A stretch of DNA of 59,320 nucleotides from Methanomicrobiales archaeon (GCA_037137755.1 JBAXJR010000012.1:1-59320); one strand, 5' to 3'. Shown: positions 33,120-43,834, numbered from the stretch's first letter. Notes: generated by a model from the sequence alone, not told the origin. Numbers and translations are program-made.

Positions 33120-33812
33120 TTAAGAAACCTGGTGAGCTGATCTCATGCGCCAGTGAAGCAGTACCCCTTCATCGATCCGGACACATTCGAGAAAGTCCAT
33201 TCTGATAAATGGATCACTGATGCAAAATCCCCCGCCATCGGCGGGAGTGGGTGCATCCCTGCCACCGATGACCATGTTGCCGACATACTGGAACATCTCA
33301 TCCACAAGTCCAAGCTCGAACATCGACCAGAGCAGGGTCCCGCCTCCTTCAACCATGAGGTTCCGGATACCCATGTCGAACAACTGGCAGAGTAATTTTT
33401 TAAGGTCGACCTCTTCCTTTCCTGCGATAATCACCGTTGCATGTGATTCCAGGGTATGGAGGGTCGCGGGATCTATGGCTTCTGAACAACCGATCACTCT
33501 CTTACCGGGCCCCTTGCACAGGACCGCAGCATTAACCGGAATGCGCCCCCTGCTATCCACCACCACCCTGACGGGATTTTCATCGAACCCCCGGGAGACC
33601 CGTGCCTGCTTCAGTTCTACTGATTTAACGGTAAGTGATGGATCATCTGAAATAACGGTGCCTATACCGACCATGATCGCATCACTCCCGGCTTTCAGCT
33701 GGTCAACCCGCGTGAAATCAGCGATCCCGGAAATTTTTACCTGCCGACGCTCCTTTGTCGAGAGTTTGCCGTCCGCACTCATGGCAACATTGACGGTCAC
33801 ATGTGGGCGCAT
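33120..33812 (-). CDS. arfC: 2,5-diamino-6-ribosylamino-4(3H)-pyrimidinone 5'-phosphate reductase (RibD C-terminal family)
   Basis: AMSADGK, GIGTV..DDPSLTV, RVVVDS, LMVEGGG. Confidence 0.9.
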   Translation of the reverse strand: MRPHVTVNVAMSADGKLSTKERRQVKISGIADFTRVDQLKAGSDAIMVGIGTVISDDPSLTVKSVELKQARVSRGFDENPVRVVVDSRGRIPVNAAVLCKGPGKRVIGCSEAIDPATLHTLESHATVIIAGKEEVDLKKLLCQLFDMGIRNLMVEGGGTLLWSMFELGLVDEMFQYVGNMVIGGRDAPTPADGGGFCISDPFIRMDFLECVRIDEGVLLHWRMRSAHQVS

Positions 33813-34080
33813 ATATAACAGTTCGATATCGTCCTATTAGTTTATTTTGAGGAACGACCACGAACCTCGGATCCCTGCTGGGAATCGTTGAAAATAAGTG
33901 CATCACAACATTTACCGGGCAGGGTATCCCGTAGGATACCAGGTGAAATACTGAAATCGACCAACAGTTCCTTTAGAGTTATGCAATAACCGATTCGGAC
34001 CACCTGTTCTTAACAGGATTTATGTCAATACTGGCAGCGGGTTATTCATTATCATACCCGATCAACCGTATAGAGAACTT

Positions 34081-34590
34081 ATGTCCCCGACCGAACCCGG
34101 TGCATCATCCCAGGCGGCACCTGATGACAGGATATCACGTTTCTTTCAGTCACCTTTATTTTTGAGCATTACCATCGGGATACCGTTCTGTATCTACAAA
34201 TTCATATTCGGGTCTCTTGCTATCCGGAATGGCATTGAGGGGGTACAGGTTCTTTACCTGTTCGGATGGCTTATAATCATCTGGGCATCGCTTGACCTGG
34301 CCATGAATGTTACGAGGGCAGCCCTCGGACTTTTCGGGCGGAGCAATGCAATTGAGTACTGCACTATCGCGCAGATTGGCAGGTACTTTCATGCACCTGG
34401 AGCTTTTCTTGCGTTTGATACCCTGCTTTCTTTTTCAATTATCTGCATCACGCTCTGGTCAGGATGGATTACCCGGCTTACGCCGTTTGAAGCATTTCTC
34501 TGGTATGCAGCGACCACATTGAACCTGATCAGCCTGTCCCTCGTTATTATGTATGACGAGACATTGCGGGCCCGGAGAACATCCCGTTAA
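34081..34590 (+). CDS. Hypothetical membrane protein (about 4 TM helices)
   Basis: Four hydrophobic segments in a 169-aa ORF. Confidence 0.65.
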   Translation: MSPTEPGASSQAAPDDRISRFFQSPLFLSITIGIPFCIYKFIFGSLAIRNGIEGVQVLYLFGWLIIIWASLDLAMNVTRAALGLFGRSNAIEYCTIAQIGRYFHAPGAFLAFDTLLSFSIICITLWSGWITRLTPFEAFLWYAATTLNLISLSLVIMYDETLRARRTSR

Positions 34591-34821
34591 TAAAAGTAGC
34601 AGAAAAACTCCATTAGAATTCCTGCGATTCCCTATAAGACCCGAGGGTCCTCTTTTTGCAGGGCGTGCTTTTTTATTTATTGCCCCTGTCTTTTAACACC
34701 CGGGCAAGCCGCGGCAATGGAGAGCGAAATTATGGGTTAATGGGGCAGCAGATGGAACGGGTGTGACCACCCGGATATCATTTCCGTGAAATGGTCAGCC
34801 CTGCACGTTTACACCCGGGTA

Positions 34822-35391
34822 TCAACAACGAATAAGGTCCCCGATGCGTTCTCTCTTAACGATAACGGTCCCGATATTAGCCATGTCAAAGAGGTTGGCC
34901 TGGTGGACCGCGGAGTTCCGGGCGGCTACAGCATCCTCAACCAGGAATGTGTGATACCCGAAGGCCGCCGCATCGAACACGGTGGTCCTGATGCAGTTCG
35001 GGGTCTGGATACCGGTGATAACCACCGTGTCAATCCCGAGCGATCGCAATAGCAGATCGAGATCGGTGTTCATAAAAGCACTCATACGGTTTTTCCGGAT
35101 AAGATATTCCCCTTGCACAGGCCTGAGTTCATCAATAATCTCTGAACCAGGTGTCCCCTCGACGGCAAAAGGAACAGATGTAAAGATCTCGCGACGGAAT
35201 ATCTCCACATCGGAACCATCACGGCGATGGACCCGGACCACGTGAAATATGGGGAGTCCCTGGTTACGGAATGCCTCTAGTACATCCCTTACATTGGCGA
35301 TGATGCTCTCAGCCCCGGGCATCTGCATGGGTGCACCCGCCCGGACAAAATCATTCTGCATATCGATAATCAGAAGTGCTGGCCTTTTCAT
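34822..35391 (-). CDS. Isochorismatase-family cysteine hydrolase
   Basis: ALLIIDMQNDF, KNRMSAF, GIQTPNCIRTT. Confidence 0.9.
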   Translation of the reverse strand: MKRPALLIIDMQNDFVRAGAPMQMPGAESIIANVRDVLEAFRNQGLPIFHVVRVHRRDGSDVEIFRREIFTSVPFAVEGTPGSEIIDELRPVQGEYLIRKNRMSAFMNTDLDLLLRSLGIDTVVITGIQTPNCIRTTVFDAAAFGYHTFLVEDAVAARNSAVHQANLFDMANIGTVIVKRERIGDLIRC

Positions 35392-35574
35392 TCGTTTCTC
35401 TCCTTATGTCACATTTGTCAGTCAGATATTAAATGGTGATCAGCGCAGGTCAAGCCAGTGGTAGCGAATAAGAATCTTAACGGGCTGTTTGTTATTAAAG
35501 AATGATTCATGGGCATCCAGGTTGAATTCGTGATCCTTATCTTTGTTTAATCAGATCAAGTTATAGAGAACCGT

Positions 35575-36225
35575 ATGATGGAAGGGATACGTTCAGAAGG
35601 ACCTGTGACCAAGGTCAATGCCGGGAGGCTGACAAATGCCATCTTTGTTTTCACTCTCCTCTTGTTGTTCAAGAATGTCAGGACACCTACTTTCGGGGAT
35701 TATGGTATTGTAACGATGGATAATTTCATGCAGGTGCAAATTGCGGATATACTGAGTTTCCTGAACGCTTTTGTCATTCTCGCCATGCTCTGGGTGGTCC
35801 TGTTTCATGTCTTTAACCAGTTGCAGAAGGTTGACCGTACCTACCTGTACATCCATTTCACAACACTCATGATGATAATTTTCATCCCTATATCCAGCCA
35901 CCTGAACGTGGTTTACCCAGGAAAGTCCGATTTTCCAGTCCTTTTCAACCTCAACATGCTTGCAATAGGCCTGCTGCTTGCTCTTGAATGGTGGCATATT
36001 TCCCGTACACCGGCCATCCGTAACCCGGGGATCAATTCCTTTCAGATGCATTGTATCGGAATGAAAATGCTCTATATCCCGGTAACGGCAGTTTTCGGGG
36101 TAATCCTCTCGATGTTCGATCTAAGGTATACCCAGAGTGTATACCTTGTCACCATGCTCGCATTTTTACTTACATCCCTGTATTCCCGGAACAGGGAGAA
36201 AATACACGGTGGTGAAACGCCTTGA
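35575..36225 (+). CDS. TMEM175 (DUF1211)-like membrane protein, paralogue 1
   Basis: 6-TM pattern; LTNAIFVFTLLLL aligns with the FSDGVFAIAITLL helix; LMMIIFIPISS. Confidence 0.7.
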   Translation: MMEGIRSEGPVTKVNAGRLTNAIFVFTLLLLFKNVRTPTFGDYGIVTMDNFMQVQIADILSFLNAFVILAMLWVVLFHVFNQLQKVDRTYLYIHFTTLMMIIFIPISSHLNVVYPGKSDFPVLFNLNMLAIGLLLALEWWHISRTPAIRNPGINSFQMHCIGMKMLYIPVTAVFGVILSMFDLRYTQSVYLVTMLAFLLTSLYSRNREKIHGGETP

Positions 36226-36932
36226 CCACCAGATCTCAGGATGCATTAGAAACTTTGAACGAATCCGGCACTGGGAGTTGTTGCAAAGGGGCCGTCCCGC
36301 AGGACATGTTTGAAATCCTGATGAACGGGGTATTTGCCTTTGTTATGACCCTGATTGTGAAGAATAACATCCCGCTGCCCTCAACGATCAATGCTGAAGA
36401 TTTGGAATTCGTTGCCATATATGTCGGACAGATCTATTCCGAAGCGACAAATTTCATTTTCACATTCGCCCTTCTTGCAGTCTTTTACATCCTGTTTTTC
36501 GAGATTATGCGAAGTATCAGGCTACTGGACCGTTATTTTGTCTATATATCATTCGGTTTCATCCTTTCGATTATATTTATCCCGTTAACTTCACTCCTCT
36601 GGACATATTCAGATGAACCCATGCCGTATGGAGTTCTTTTCCATGTGAATATCCTGTGTTGCGGGCTTATATTGTATATCCTCTGGAGATATGCCTCTCG
36701 TAACCAGCAACTCATTCTTCCGGGAATAAGCGGGGAAAAGGTTTCGAATGTTACGTTGCGACTGCTCCTTTTCCCTGCAACCGCCCTTGCCGGACTGATC
36801 ATTGACGGATATGACGGATCTTATGGGAGTATTCCTATTACCGAACTCTACGTGATCCCAATCGTCATTTTTGTCATATTGTCATGGATTTCTGACAGAA
36901 ACAACTTTTCCTTACCAGGAATTAAGGAGTAA
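36222..36932 (+). CDS. TMEM175 (DUF1211)-like membrane protein, paralogue 2
   Basis: LMNGVFAFVMTLIV, IIFIPLTS, LWRYA; TTGA overlap with paralogue 1. Confidence 0.75.
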   Translation: MTTRSQDALETLNESGTGSCCKGAVPQDMFEILMNGVFAFVMTLIVKNNIPLPSTINAEDLEFVAIYVGQIYSEATNFIFTFALLAVFYILFFEIMRSIRLLDRYFVYISFGFILSIIFIPLTSLLWTYSDEPMPYGVLFHVNILCCGLILYILWRYASRNQQLILPGISGEKVSNVTLRLLLFPATALAGLIIDGYDGSYGSIPITELYVIPIVIFVILSWISDRNNFSLPGIKE

Positions 36933-37240
36933 ACCATAACAGTACCGGGAGTGGCAGGTTGTAGTGAATTCCAAATCGACAACCGGGAACCACGTATTGA
37001 ACCTGTAAAAAATCCACCTATTCCTGTTCTTACAACGGTTTTTGAAGTACAAAAGGTAAAATGACAGGAAATCGACTACAATCCCCGAAAACCAAAATGA
37101 TCGATCCAAATTTTGCAATGACGGGTAATTTATAATTACTGTTCCGCTCTATGGAAGGGTGCCTCTGATGTGGTATGATATGATTAATACAAGGATAATT
37201 TTTTTACCATATCGGGGACCCAGGAGTTGGAAATAAAAAC

Positions 37241-37393
37241 ATGACGGACAATGCAAAATTAAAGGCCATTAAAGCAGTGGATGATGCATCGGTGGCAGTC
37301 CATAACACCCTCAAAGATGTGAAAGCGCGGAATCTAGTGGATGATGCAAAAATCGCAGCACATGAGGCCGGAGCCGAATTGAAGAAGAGGTGA
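37241..37393 (+). CDS. Small (50 aa) Ala/Lys/Asp-rich helical protein, stress-protein-like; absent from the ORF track
   Basis: MTDNAKLKAIKAVDDASVAVHNTLKDVKARNLVDDAKIAAHEAGAELKKR; internal VDDA repeat. Confidence 0.55.
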   Translation: MTDNAKLKAIKAVDDASVAVHNTLKDVKARNLVDDAKIAAHEAGAELKKR

Positions 37394-37401
37394 GGTGAAC
37401 A

Positions 37402-37556
37402 ATGGCAGATTTAATCTATCTTGCGGTAATTTTCCTTGTGCTGGCCCTGGTATTCTTTATACGGGAGCAAAAGGGATCGCCGGTTTCTCTATAGAAATCG
37501 CGAAATGGCTTGTAATAATCTTCATTATCATTGCAATAATCACGTTCATATTGTAG
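37402..37556 (+). pseudogene. DUF1328/UPF0391 small membrane protein with a 1-nt deletion
   Basis: GAGGTG SD; MADLIYLAVIFLVLALVFFI | GAKGIAGFSIEIAKWLVIIFIIIAIITFIL*, frame break at about 37462. Confidence 0.75.
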
Positions 37557-37780
37557 GGTTCCTTTTCCGGGACCAAAATACAGGGGATCTGGTACTACCA
37601 TTTGCAGGAAAAAATGCATCATTTCCAGTCTTACATTTTTTAGGAACCCGGTTTCCCGGTGTGTAAAGAAAAAAAGAATGCCACAACCGGAACCGCGTCA
37701 TCAGCACCGGAACTCTGGTCTTTTTTGGGGACTTGGGAGATCCCAACGGTTGCACCGCTACACAAAGCAGGGTTTGGATG

Positions 37781-38578
37781 TCAGAACTGGGCTTTACCCC
37801 GGTACTTCAGATAATTTGTTTCTGCAACCGGGAACAGGATTGCTATCATACCGGTCACCCTTCCCTCATGATCGCATACCGGGCTGAAATTCCCGGCAAC
37901 GGGAACTTTTGTGGTATCATGGGAGACCAGTACTGCATGTTGGGGGAGCCACCATACCGCTTTCTGCCCCATGATTTTGGCAAAGGGGTCCTCAATAGGC
38001 CTACCCTCCCGATTATCGACTATCGTGACTATTTCGTTAAAAATATTGGTATTGAGGGCCGGGTTCTTCCATTTCAGCATCGATTTTGCAGTTTCGTTCA
38101 CACTGGTGATCAGACCATTGGAATTCGTGACAATAATTCCTGCAGGGATTTCTTCGACCAGCCGCTGAAGTTGCGCATTTTCTTCCCTGACCGAACGGGT
38201 GAACCCGAAATTGGCAAGCCCGAGTCCGATTGCAATACGCAAGTCGTTATCACTGAACGGTTTCAGTACATACCCGGCACCGGGTACCCTTTTCACCCGC
38301 TCCAATGTCTCTTCATCTGCAGAAATCGTCAGGAAGACGGAAGGTATATTGTATCTTGAAAGTACCTCCTGTGCGGTTACGATCCCATCGACTTCCCCCG
38401 GGATATTGACCGCCAGTACAAGCATATGCGGTAATGCACCAGGTAGTTTTTTTATCGCCTCCTGCCCCGAGGTGAACTTTGAAACTACTGTATACCCTAT
38501 TTTTTGAAGCCGCGCCTCCACAAGATTCGTGTAGATCGGGTCGCCTTCTACAATTGAGATTTTCACCTGGTTATCCAC
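37781..38578 (-). CDS. Receiver (pseudo-REC) plus PAS domain protein without output domain
   Basis: IPSVFLT...YVLKPF...LRIAI (REC); GIIVTNSNGLITSVNETA (PAS). Confidence 0.85.
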   Translation of the reverse strand: MDNQVKISIVEGDPIYTNLVEARLQKIGYTVVSKFTSGQEAIKKLPGALPHMLVLAVNIPGEVDGIVTAQEVLSRYNIPSVFLTISADEETLERVKRVPGAGYVLKPFSDNDLRIAIGLGLANFGFTRSVREENAQLQRLVEEIPAGIIVTNSNGLITSVNETAKSMLKWKNPALNTNIFNEIVTIVDNREGRPIEDPFAKIMGQKAVWWLPQHAVLVSHDTTKVPVAGNFSPVCDHEGRVTGMIAILFPVAETNYLKYRGKAQF

Positions 38579-39408
38579 TGGATACTCCCTCTCATGACTA
38601 GCAGATTACATGGACTCTCATCATAATTAATGGAATATTTTTGTTCGCGGCTATAAGTCACCCGGATCCAGAATTGAAGATCCGCGGACCTCCGCGATGC
38701 GATGAAACAAGACGATTTGCATTAACGGACACCATTGTTTTAGTTTTTCATTCTGACGCCATAGATCAAATAAGGGACTTCGAAATGGTTCACAATACAG
38801 GAAAGCTGCAATAATGTTCGTTCCATTCCCGAACCCGGTTTTGGGAAATTTAGTATCGTTCGAAGATGGAGTTCCTCGACGTCTGATATCCCCGGTGTAT
38901 GTGAATTAGGAAATCCGAAAGGGTTCTAAAAGTGCGATATGAAAAATTGGACCATATCCTGGGACAGGTGGATCTCCTTATTTTTTATTCAGGAATCGGA
39001 ACCCACCTTTCGGAAATACAATCTCAAAACTGTGCGGATTTCCCAGTCTCGGTATCACTGATTTATATACACCGGAACATATTCAGCAAAACAAGTCCCG
39101 TATATCCCGGTGAATATCACTGAAACCGGGTGTATAAGCAAGCAATAAATTCCTTGATTTTGTGCCAGATTTCCCGCAACGCCCCAAAAATACCTTATAT
39201 TCCATCACCCACACTCCGGTTAACCCCGTTCGTGTTTGTTTAAATCGCCCGGATTTGGCATATTTTCCCATCGATACCGAATATAGCCATTTAAAGCAGT
39301 TTTATATGGATTAGGCCAACAATTGGGCTTATTTTTAGCTTCAATCTATTCAGGGAGTCATTGCATTACCCCGTATATTCCGGTATACGGGCCGGTTTTC
39401 AGGGCCCA

Positions 39409-39570
39409 TTATTCTTTCAGGTAAAGTTCAATTGCAACGCGGAGGTCGTTATCAACGAACGGCTTGATAATGAATCCATCAGGATTCGTTGCTTTAGCAC
39501 GCTCATGCGTGTTACTATCAGAATGTGAAGTCACAAATATCACGGGGATGTTAAAACCGTGTTTTCTCTC
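39409..39570 (-). pseudogene. C-terminal fragment of a response regulator receiver domain
   Basis: FNIPVIFVTSHSD...ERAKATNPDGFIIKPF..DLRVAIE; N-terminal half missing. Confidence 0.7.
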
Positions 39571-39885
39571 CGGTACCCACAAAACCGATCCGGTGGTAGA
39601 ATGCCTCGGTTGATTCAGATGTGACCACGAGTTGTTCAATCATTTTTATCTTCCTGCATGGGCATCTGCCCCATGCAGGAGAACGTGGACTACTTCAGGA
39701 TATAAGGATGAATGAGAAATGGTTTGGAAATAAACGGCACGGATAAACGTGACTGTAAAATATAACGGTGGGAAACCTCCAGGTTTTTGAACTTCAATAC
39801 ACGACGGTCCCGTTATTCAAGGTCGCTTTTGATCCATGTCTTCAGGTATGGATCAAACACGGGAGTTGTTTAAAAAATAGATTAA

Positions 39886-40434
39886 TCAGATGCCCTTTGG
39901 CACGAATGTAGAACTATACGGGGTTTTCTGATAAACTAGGGTATTGCCCGAATTATCCATGATAGTCAATTCCTGCTTTCCATTCACGGAATAGGTTTTT
40001 GCAGCCTGCAGGATCTGGAGATACGTAGTCTCGGTATTCGTGCCGTTCGCGCAATACATCGTCGTAGATGCGAGAGGGCCGATAATGATCCCGTTCCCAT
40101 TGGGGAGTACCTGGCCAGACAGGGTATAGTGTCCATTGTAATTATTGCAGCCCGCGAAACCTATGACATTGGATTGATTGGTGAAAACAGCGGTAATTTG
40201 AATGCTCATCGTATCAATGAGAGCTGAACCGCCCTGCTCTGCCATCATTTTAAGGTACCATGTTCCAACCAGGGAGGGATCAGGAATCCGGGTAGGCTCA
40301 GGAGTTGGATTAATTGTGGCGGGTACTGCTGTGGGTGCCGAGGTAACCGGTTTCGAGATAGGCTGGCTTGTACACCCTGCCATCAGGACGAGAAGAAAGA
40401 CACAGGTAACTACGCACGCAGTTATAATTTTCAT
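39886..40434 (-). CDS. META (HslJ-like) domain lipoprotein
   Basis: LMAGC lipobox, LVGTWYL, GFAGCNNY, IGPLASTTMYC. Confidence 0.88.
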   Translation of the reverse strand: MKIITACVVTCVFLLVLMAGCTSQPISKPVTSAPTAVPATINPTPEPTRIPDPSLVGTWYLKMMAEQGGSALIDTMSIQITAVFTNQSNVIGFAGCNNYNGHYTLSGQVLPNGNGIIIGPLASTTMYCANGTNTETTYLQILQAAKTYSVNGKQELTIMDNSGNTLVYQKTPYSSTFVPKGI

Positions 40435-40888
40435 AGGTTAGGATACACACGTGGTTGTATAAAAATAGAGGGATTGTAGGCATTAGATCTTAGGGGCCTG
40501 CAGCGCAAGGTATGATTGCGAGGCCAGTACATTTTTCCCACTTCTTTTGTTATTCAACAGCTACACTATCAGTTCCTGACCATGTTTCAGTACGAAAGCC
40601 CGGATCCCCGCCTTCATTCGCATGAATCACATTACCAAGGGGCCCTGCATCCGGTACAATAGTCAGCGACAGCGGGCATGATCATATGGCAGTTCGGGCC
40701 CGAACCCTTAGCTTCAGGACTACCCGGTTCTTTTCATCCCCAGGACCTTCCACGAGGTAGATCCACCTCATCTCCTGGTCTATCTGATTCCCGGCGAGAT
40801 CGGCATATTTCATAAAGCATCCCTGAATTGATCGATCAGAAAGGTAATATAAAAAGATTATACCTAGGCTTTGAATTTGAGGTGCTGA

Positions 40889-40904
40889 TGCCTCAGCCCG
40901 GATT
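40889..40904. repeat. att-like direct repeat identical to the tRNA-Phe 3' end (48669-48684)
   Basis: TGCCTCAGCCCGGATT exact at both positions, same orientation. Confidence 0.8.
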
Positions 40905-41232
40905 GGGGGCATGTCTGGTTCAATGCCTCAACATAACAAATCCTTTAATTCGAGGTTATTTTCGATACGTCTCCCTTTTCGTCTTTTTCAAGGATAAAAC
41001 ATACCGTGGTATTGTTGATCGCCCGCGCTGGTTGTGATATGGGGCTTGTTGTCAATTATCCAGCCGGTATTCATAACATCGATTTTCAAATCACATTTTT
41101 TTTCCTCGTCTCTATCCAGATTGTGGAATTTTCTTCGCCGATAAAAACCTGCCAGGTTCAATTATTAAATATCTGGCTGGCTGATATGACTGATATAATT
41201 AAACCTCTTCCCCACCTAGAGAGCCCCCAACT

Positions 41233-41871
41233 ATGGACTTCAAACAGATCCCAGGTGAATGTTCAACACTCAGTTCGAAGAATACCAGGGGTGAGCTTGG
41301 TCAGGCCATTACGGCTATCGTCCTAACATACTCGCCCCGTGACCTGCAGCAGATGCGGGGGAATTTCTCTGATAAGATCCAGGACATCAACCAGGAGTAC
41401 CGGGAAAAGCTGGAGGAGACAATCACCGGCTACCTTCATGGGACCTACCAGACCCTTCGGCAAATGCATGAGCTTAAAAATTTTAACCATATGAGGATGT
41501 CCCTTTCGACAGATGCGAGCGATTACTGGAATATGGTTGCGGCGCAGTGCTCTTCGGCGGGTGATGAACAGACCGTCCAGCTGAGGTTCTTAAAATTCCT
41601 GCTTGCAGGTTTCTGCATGTTCGTTCAGGGATTCCCTGGCCACCCAGTCGGGATGCCGTTCCCCGGTGGGGACAAGGTAGAGATCATTGACGGGGTGTAC
41701 TACTGCCCGGTCAGGGAGAAGGCAAACGATGTCGATGCTGCCCTCTGTCCGTTCTGCCCGGCCCTGCAGACCCCGGAGATCGGGTACCTCAAACCGCCGC
41801 TGAACGCAAGTCAACACCGGAAGCAGGAGTTTATCCAGAACTGTTACGACTACCATAATTTCAACGGGTGA
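41233..41871 (+). CDS. DUF2115 (UPF0305) protein
   Basis: HPVGMPFPGG...YYCPVREKA...LCPFCPALQ. Confidence 0.88.
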   Translation: MDFKQIPGECSTLSSKNTRGELGQAITAIVLTYSPRDLQQMRGNFSDKIQDINQEYREKLEETITGYLHGTYQTLRQMHELKNFNHMRMSLSTDASDYWNMVAAQCSSAGDEQTVQLRFLKFLLAGFCMFVQGFPGHPVGMPFPGGDKVEIIDGVYYCPVREKANDVDAALCPFCPALQTPEIGYLKPPLNASQHRKQEFIQNCYDYHNFNG

Positions 41872-41925
41872 CGCTTTCCGCTTGTTTCTGGCCGTTGAAA
41901 ATATCTAATCCCCATTCTTAGTAAA

Positions 41926-42270
41926 TCAGAGCAGCCGGCTGTCTTTACCCTTACCGGTTGTTAACATCTTTACCACGATCACACGGAACACCGCATTACT
42001 TTCATTTATCCAGGTGTGTGCAATCATAGCAGGACTCTCTACCACGGTGTCCTTGCCCACACTCTGCCGTTCGTCACCGATTTCGATAATTCCGGTCCCT
42101 TCAAGTACATAAAAAAATACATCGACGGGCGTAACATGTTTCTTGAGAGATTCACCGGGTTTGAGTGTAATAACAACAGCAGATGTATCCGGCGATTCGA
42201 AAATCTTACGAACATCCACATTGTGCGGGTTTTTGATCGATGTGAGTTTTGCGACTTCAGTAATTTTCAT
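41926..42270 (-). CDS. Cupin domain protein
   Basis: LKPGESLKKH, FYVLEGTG, ESPAMIAH. Confidence 0.88.
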   Translation of the reverse strand: MKITEVAKLTSIKNPHNVDVRKIFESPDTSAVVITLKPGESLKKHVTPVDVFFYVLEGTGIIEIGDERQSVGKDTVVESPAMIAHTWINESNAVFRVIVVKMLTTGKGKDSRLL

Positions 42271-42272
42271 GT

Positions 42273-42962
42273 TTAATTCACCTTTTCTATTGGAATATAC
42301 GGAATTAACGTAAGTAATTCCGATTTCAACGTTTCCATGCCAATTCGTTCCATGAACCGGGCAGTCCGCTCATGCTTATTTGCATGGCTCCTGTAATACT
42401 CAGACAGACGTTGTGCACAATTCACCGCTTCACTTGCAGTAAGGTCCCATGCAACAAGATCGCCTAACCGTGGTCGTGTGCCACCGTTACCACCAAAAAA
42501 GACCATCCAACCCTTTGTGGTTCCAATTATCCCGATGTCCCGCGTGTGGCTCTCACTGCAACAACGGGGACATCCGGAGACCCCGATCTTGATCTTTGCC
42601 GGAAAGGACTGGTCTTTGAACTGAGTGTCAATAGTCCTGGCAAGTCCAATCGAGTCCTGTTTTCCGTATCTGCACATATCGGTGCCGATACAGGCATGGA
42701 CAAACTTGACGCAGGGGGAGGTCTCTGGTTTTGCGAGCGGGCCAAGGTCAGCAAAGACCCGTGAAACATCTTCGGGCTGAATCCCGGCGAGTAGTACCCT
42801 CAGGCCTGATGTGACCTTCAGGACGGGCACATGGTACTTTCGCCCGACTCTTGCAATTGTTTCGAGCTGTTCGGGAGTGATAATACCGGCGGGTATCCGG
42901 GTAGTGACCGCGTAGGTCTTCCCGTCCCGCTGAAGAATCGCTCCTTCGGTGGAATTTGTCAT
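42273..42962 (-). CDS. Stand-alone nitrite/sulfite reductase siroheme-[4Fe-4S] domain protein
   Basis: GAILQRD, CIGTDMCRYG, KIKIGVSGCPRCC, ERTARFMERIG. Confidence 0.85.
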   Translation of the reverse strand: MTNSTEGAILQRDGKTYAVTTRIPAGIITPEQLETIARVGRKYHVPVLKVTSGLRVLLAGIQPEDVSRVFADLGPLAKPETSPCVKFVHACIGTDMCRYGKQDSIGLARTIDTQFKDQSFPAKIKIGVSGCPRCCSESHTRDIGIIGTTKGWMVFFGGNGGTRPRLGDLVAWDLTASEAVNCAQRLSEYYRSHANKHERTARFMERIGMETLKSELLTLIPYIPIEKVN

Positions 42963-43834
42963 AGTGCTTCACGACTCCGTTGATTTTGTTTTTTCGTAGT
43001 CTTCTTCATGGTAATGGACCTGCCATCGCTGATGTGCTTCCCTTCATGCGATAGTTCATGGGCATGCTCAAGCATCTCTGAAAACAACCTGCTCTGGACA
43101 CAGGTGATAAAAGGAAGCGTGATAATGACCGCCATCCGGTTTCCATCCTGCGTGTAGATGAGCATGGATTCCTCGTCATCGGCAATAAGGATACATTCAA
43201 GTCTGAAGATAGCACCTTCGCGGTTGATTGGTACGGAAAACACTTTGTCAAAAACATTCTCGCCGAAAAAGTCTCTGACTTGCCCTGCTTCAAAATATCT
43301 GATTCCATCTTGTATGAAAACCCCTTCTGCACCACCTTTTGGGAACAGGATTCTTATCTCCCGGCCCTTTGCGATTGATAGCATCGGCCCCTGGAATTTT
43401 TCAAGGGTCTCCCTATTGAAACAGAGAACAATGAGTGAACGGGTAACCCCCTCAACTAATCTCTCAAGGTTCCGCTGGATCGTCCAGTCACTATGAACGT
43501 ACCAGATCGGCGAATAATTCTGCCGGGCATTCACCGACAACGCTTCGAGGGCCGTTACACTTTCATAAGCCGCTGTTTCGAGATCTTTTTTTAAGAAGGC
43601 TACAACTATGTCCGGCCGGACTGCCTGGTACATCAGAGGACTTCCCTGTCGTATCTCGATGAATCCCTTTGCATCAAGTGCATTAAGGACATCATATACC
43701 CGCGGACGTGGGACTCCGCTGACTTCATGGATACTGCGGACATTTGCTTCACCGAGTCCGACAAGGGCCACGTAAATTTTTGCTTCGTATTCTTTGAGTC
43801 CAAGCTGGACAAGGTTTTCAATTGCTTGATCCAT
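42959..43834 (-). CDS. TrmB-family transcriptional regulator
   Basis: LGLKEYEAKIYVAL, SGVPRPRVYDVL..L..KGF. Confidence 0.92.
   Translation of the reverse strand: MDQAIENLVQLGLKEYEAKIYVALVGLGEANVRSIHEVSGVPRPRVYDVLNALDAKGFIEIRQGSPLMYQAVRPDIVVAFLKKDLETAAYESVTALEALSVNARQNYSPIWYVHSDWTIQRNLERLVEGVTRSLIVLCFNRETLEKFQGPMLSIAKGREIRILFPKGGAEGVFIQDGIRYFEAGQVRDFFGENVFDKVFSVPINREGAIFRLECILIADDEESMLIYTQDGNRMAVIITLPFITCVQSRLFSEMLEHAHELSHEGKHISDGRSITMKKTTKKQNQRSREAL

Noticed and set aside
34600-34790. Possible reverse copy of the intergenic repeat between convergent genes
   Set aside because: I could not align any of the diagnostic blocks.
40828-41037. ORF running through the att-like repeat as an SSV1-type split integrase fragment
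   Set aside because: No tyrosine-recombinase residues recognisable, and the repeat is only 16 bp.
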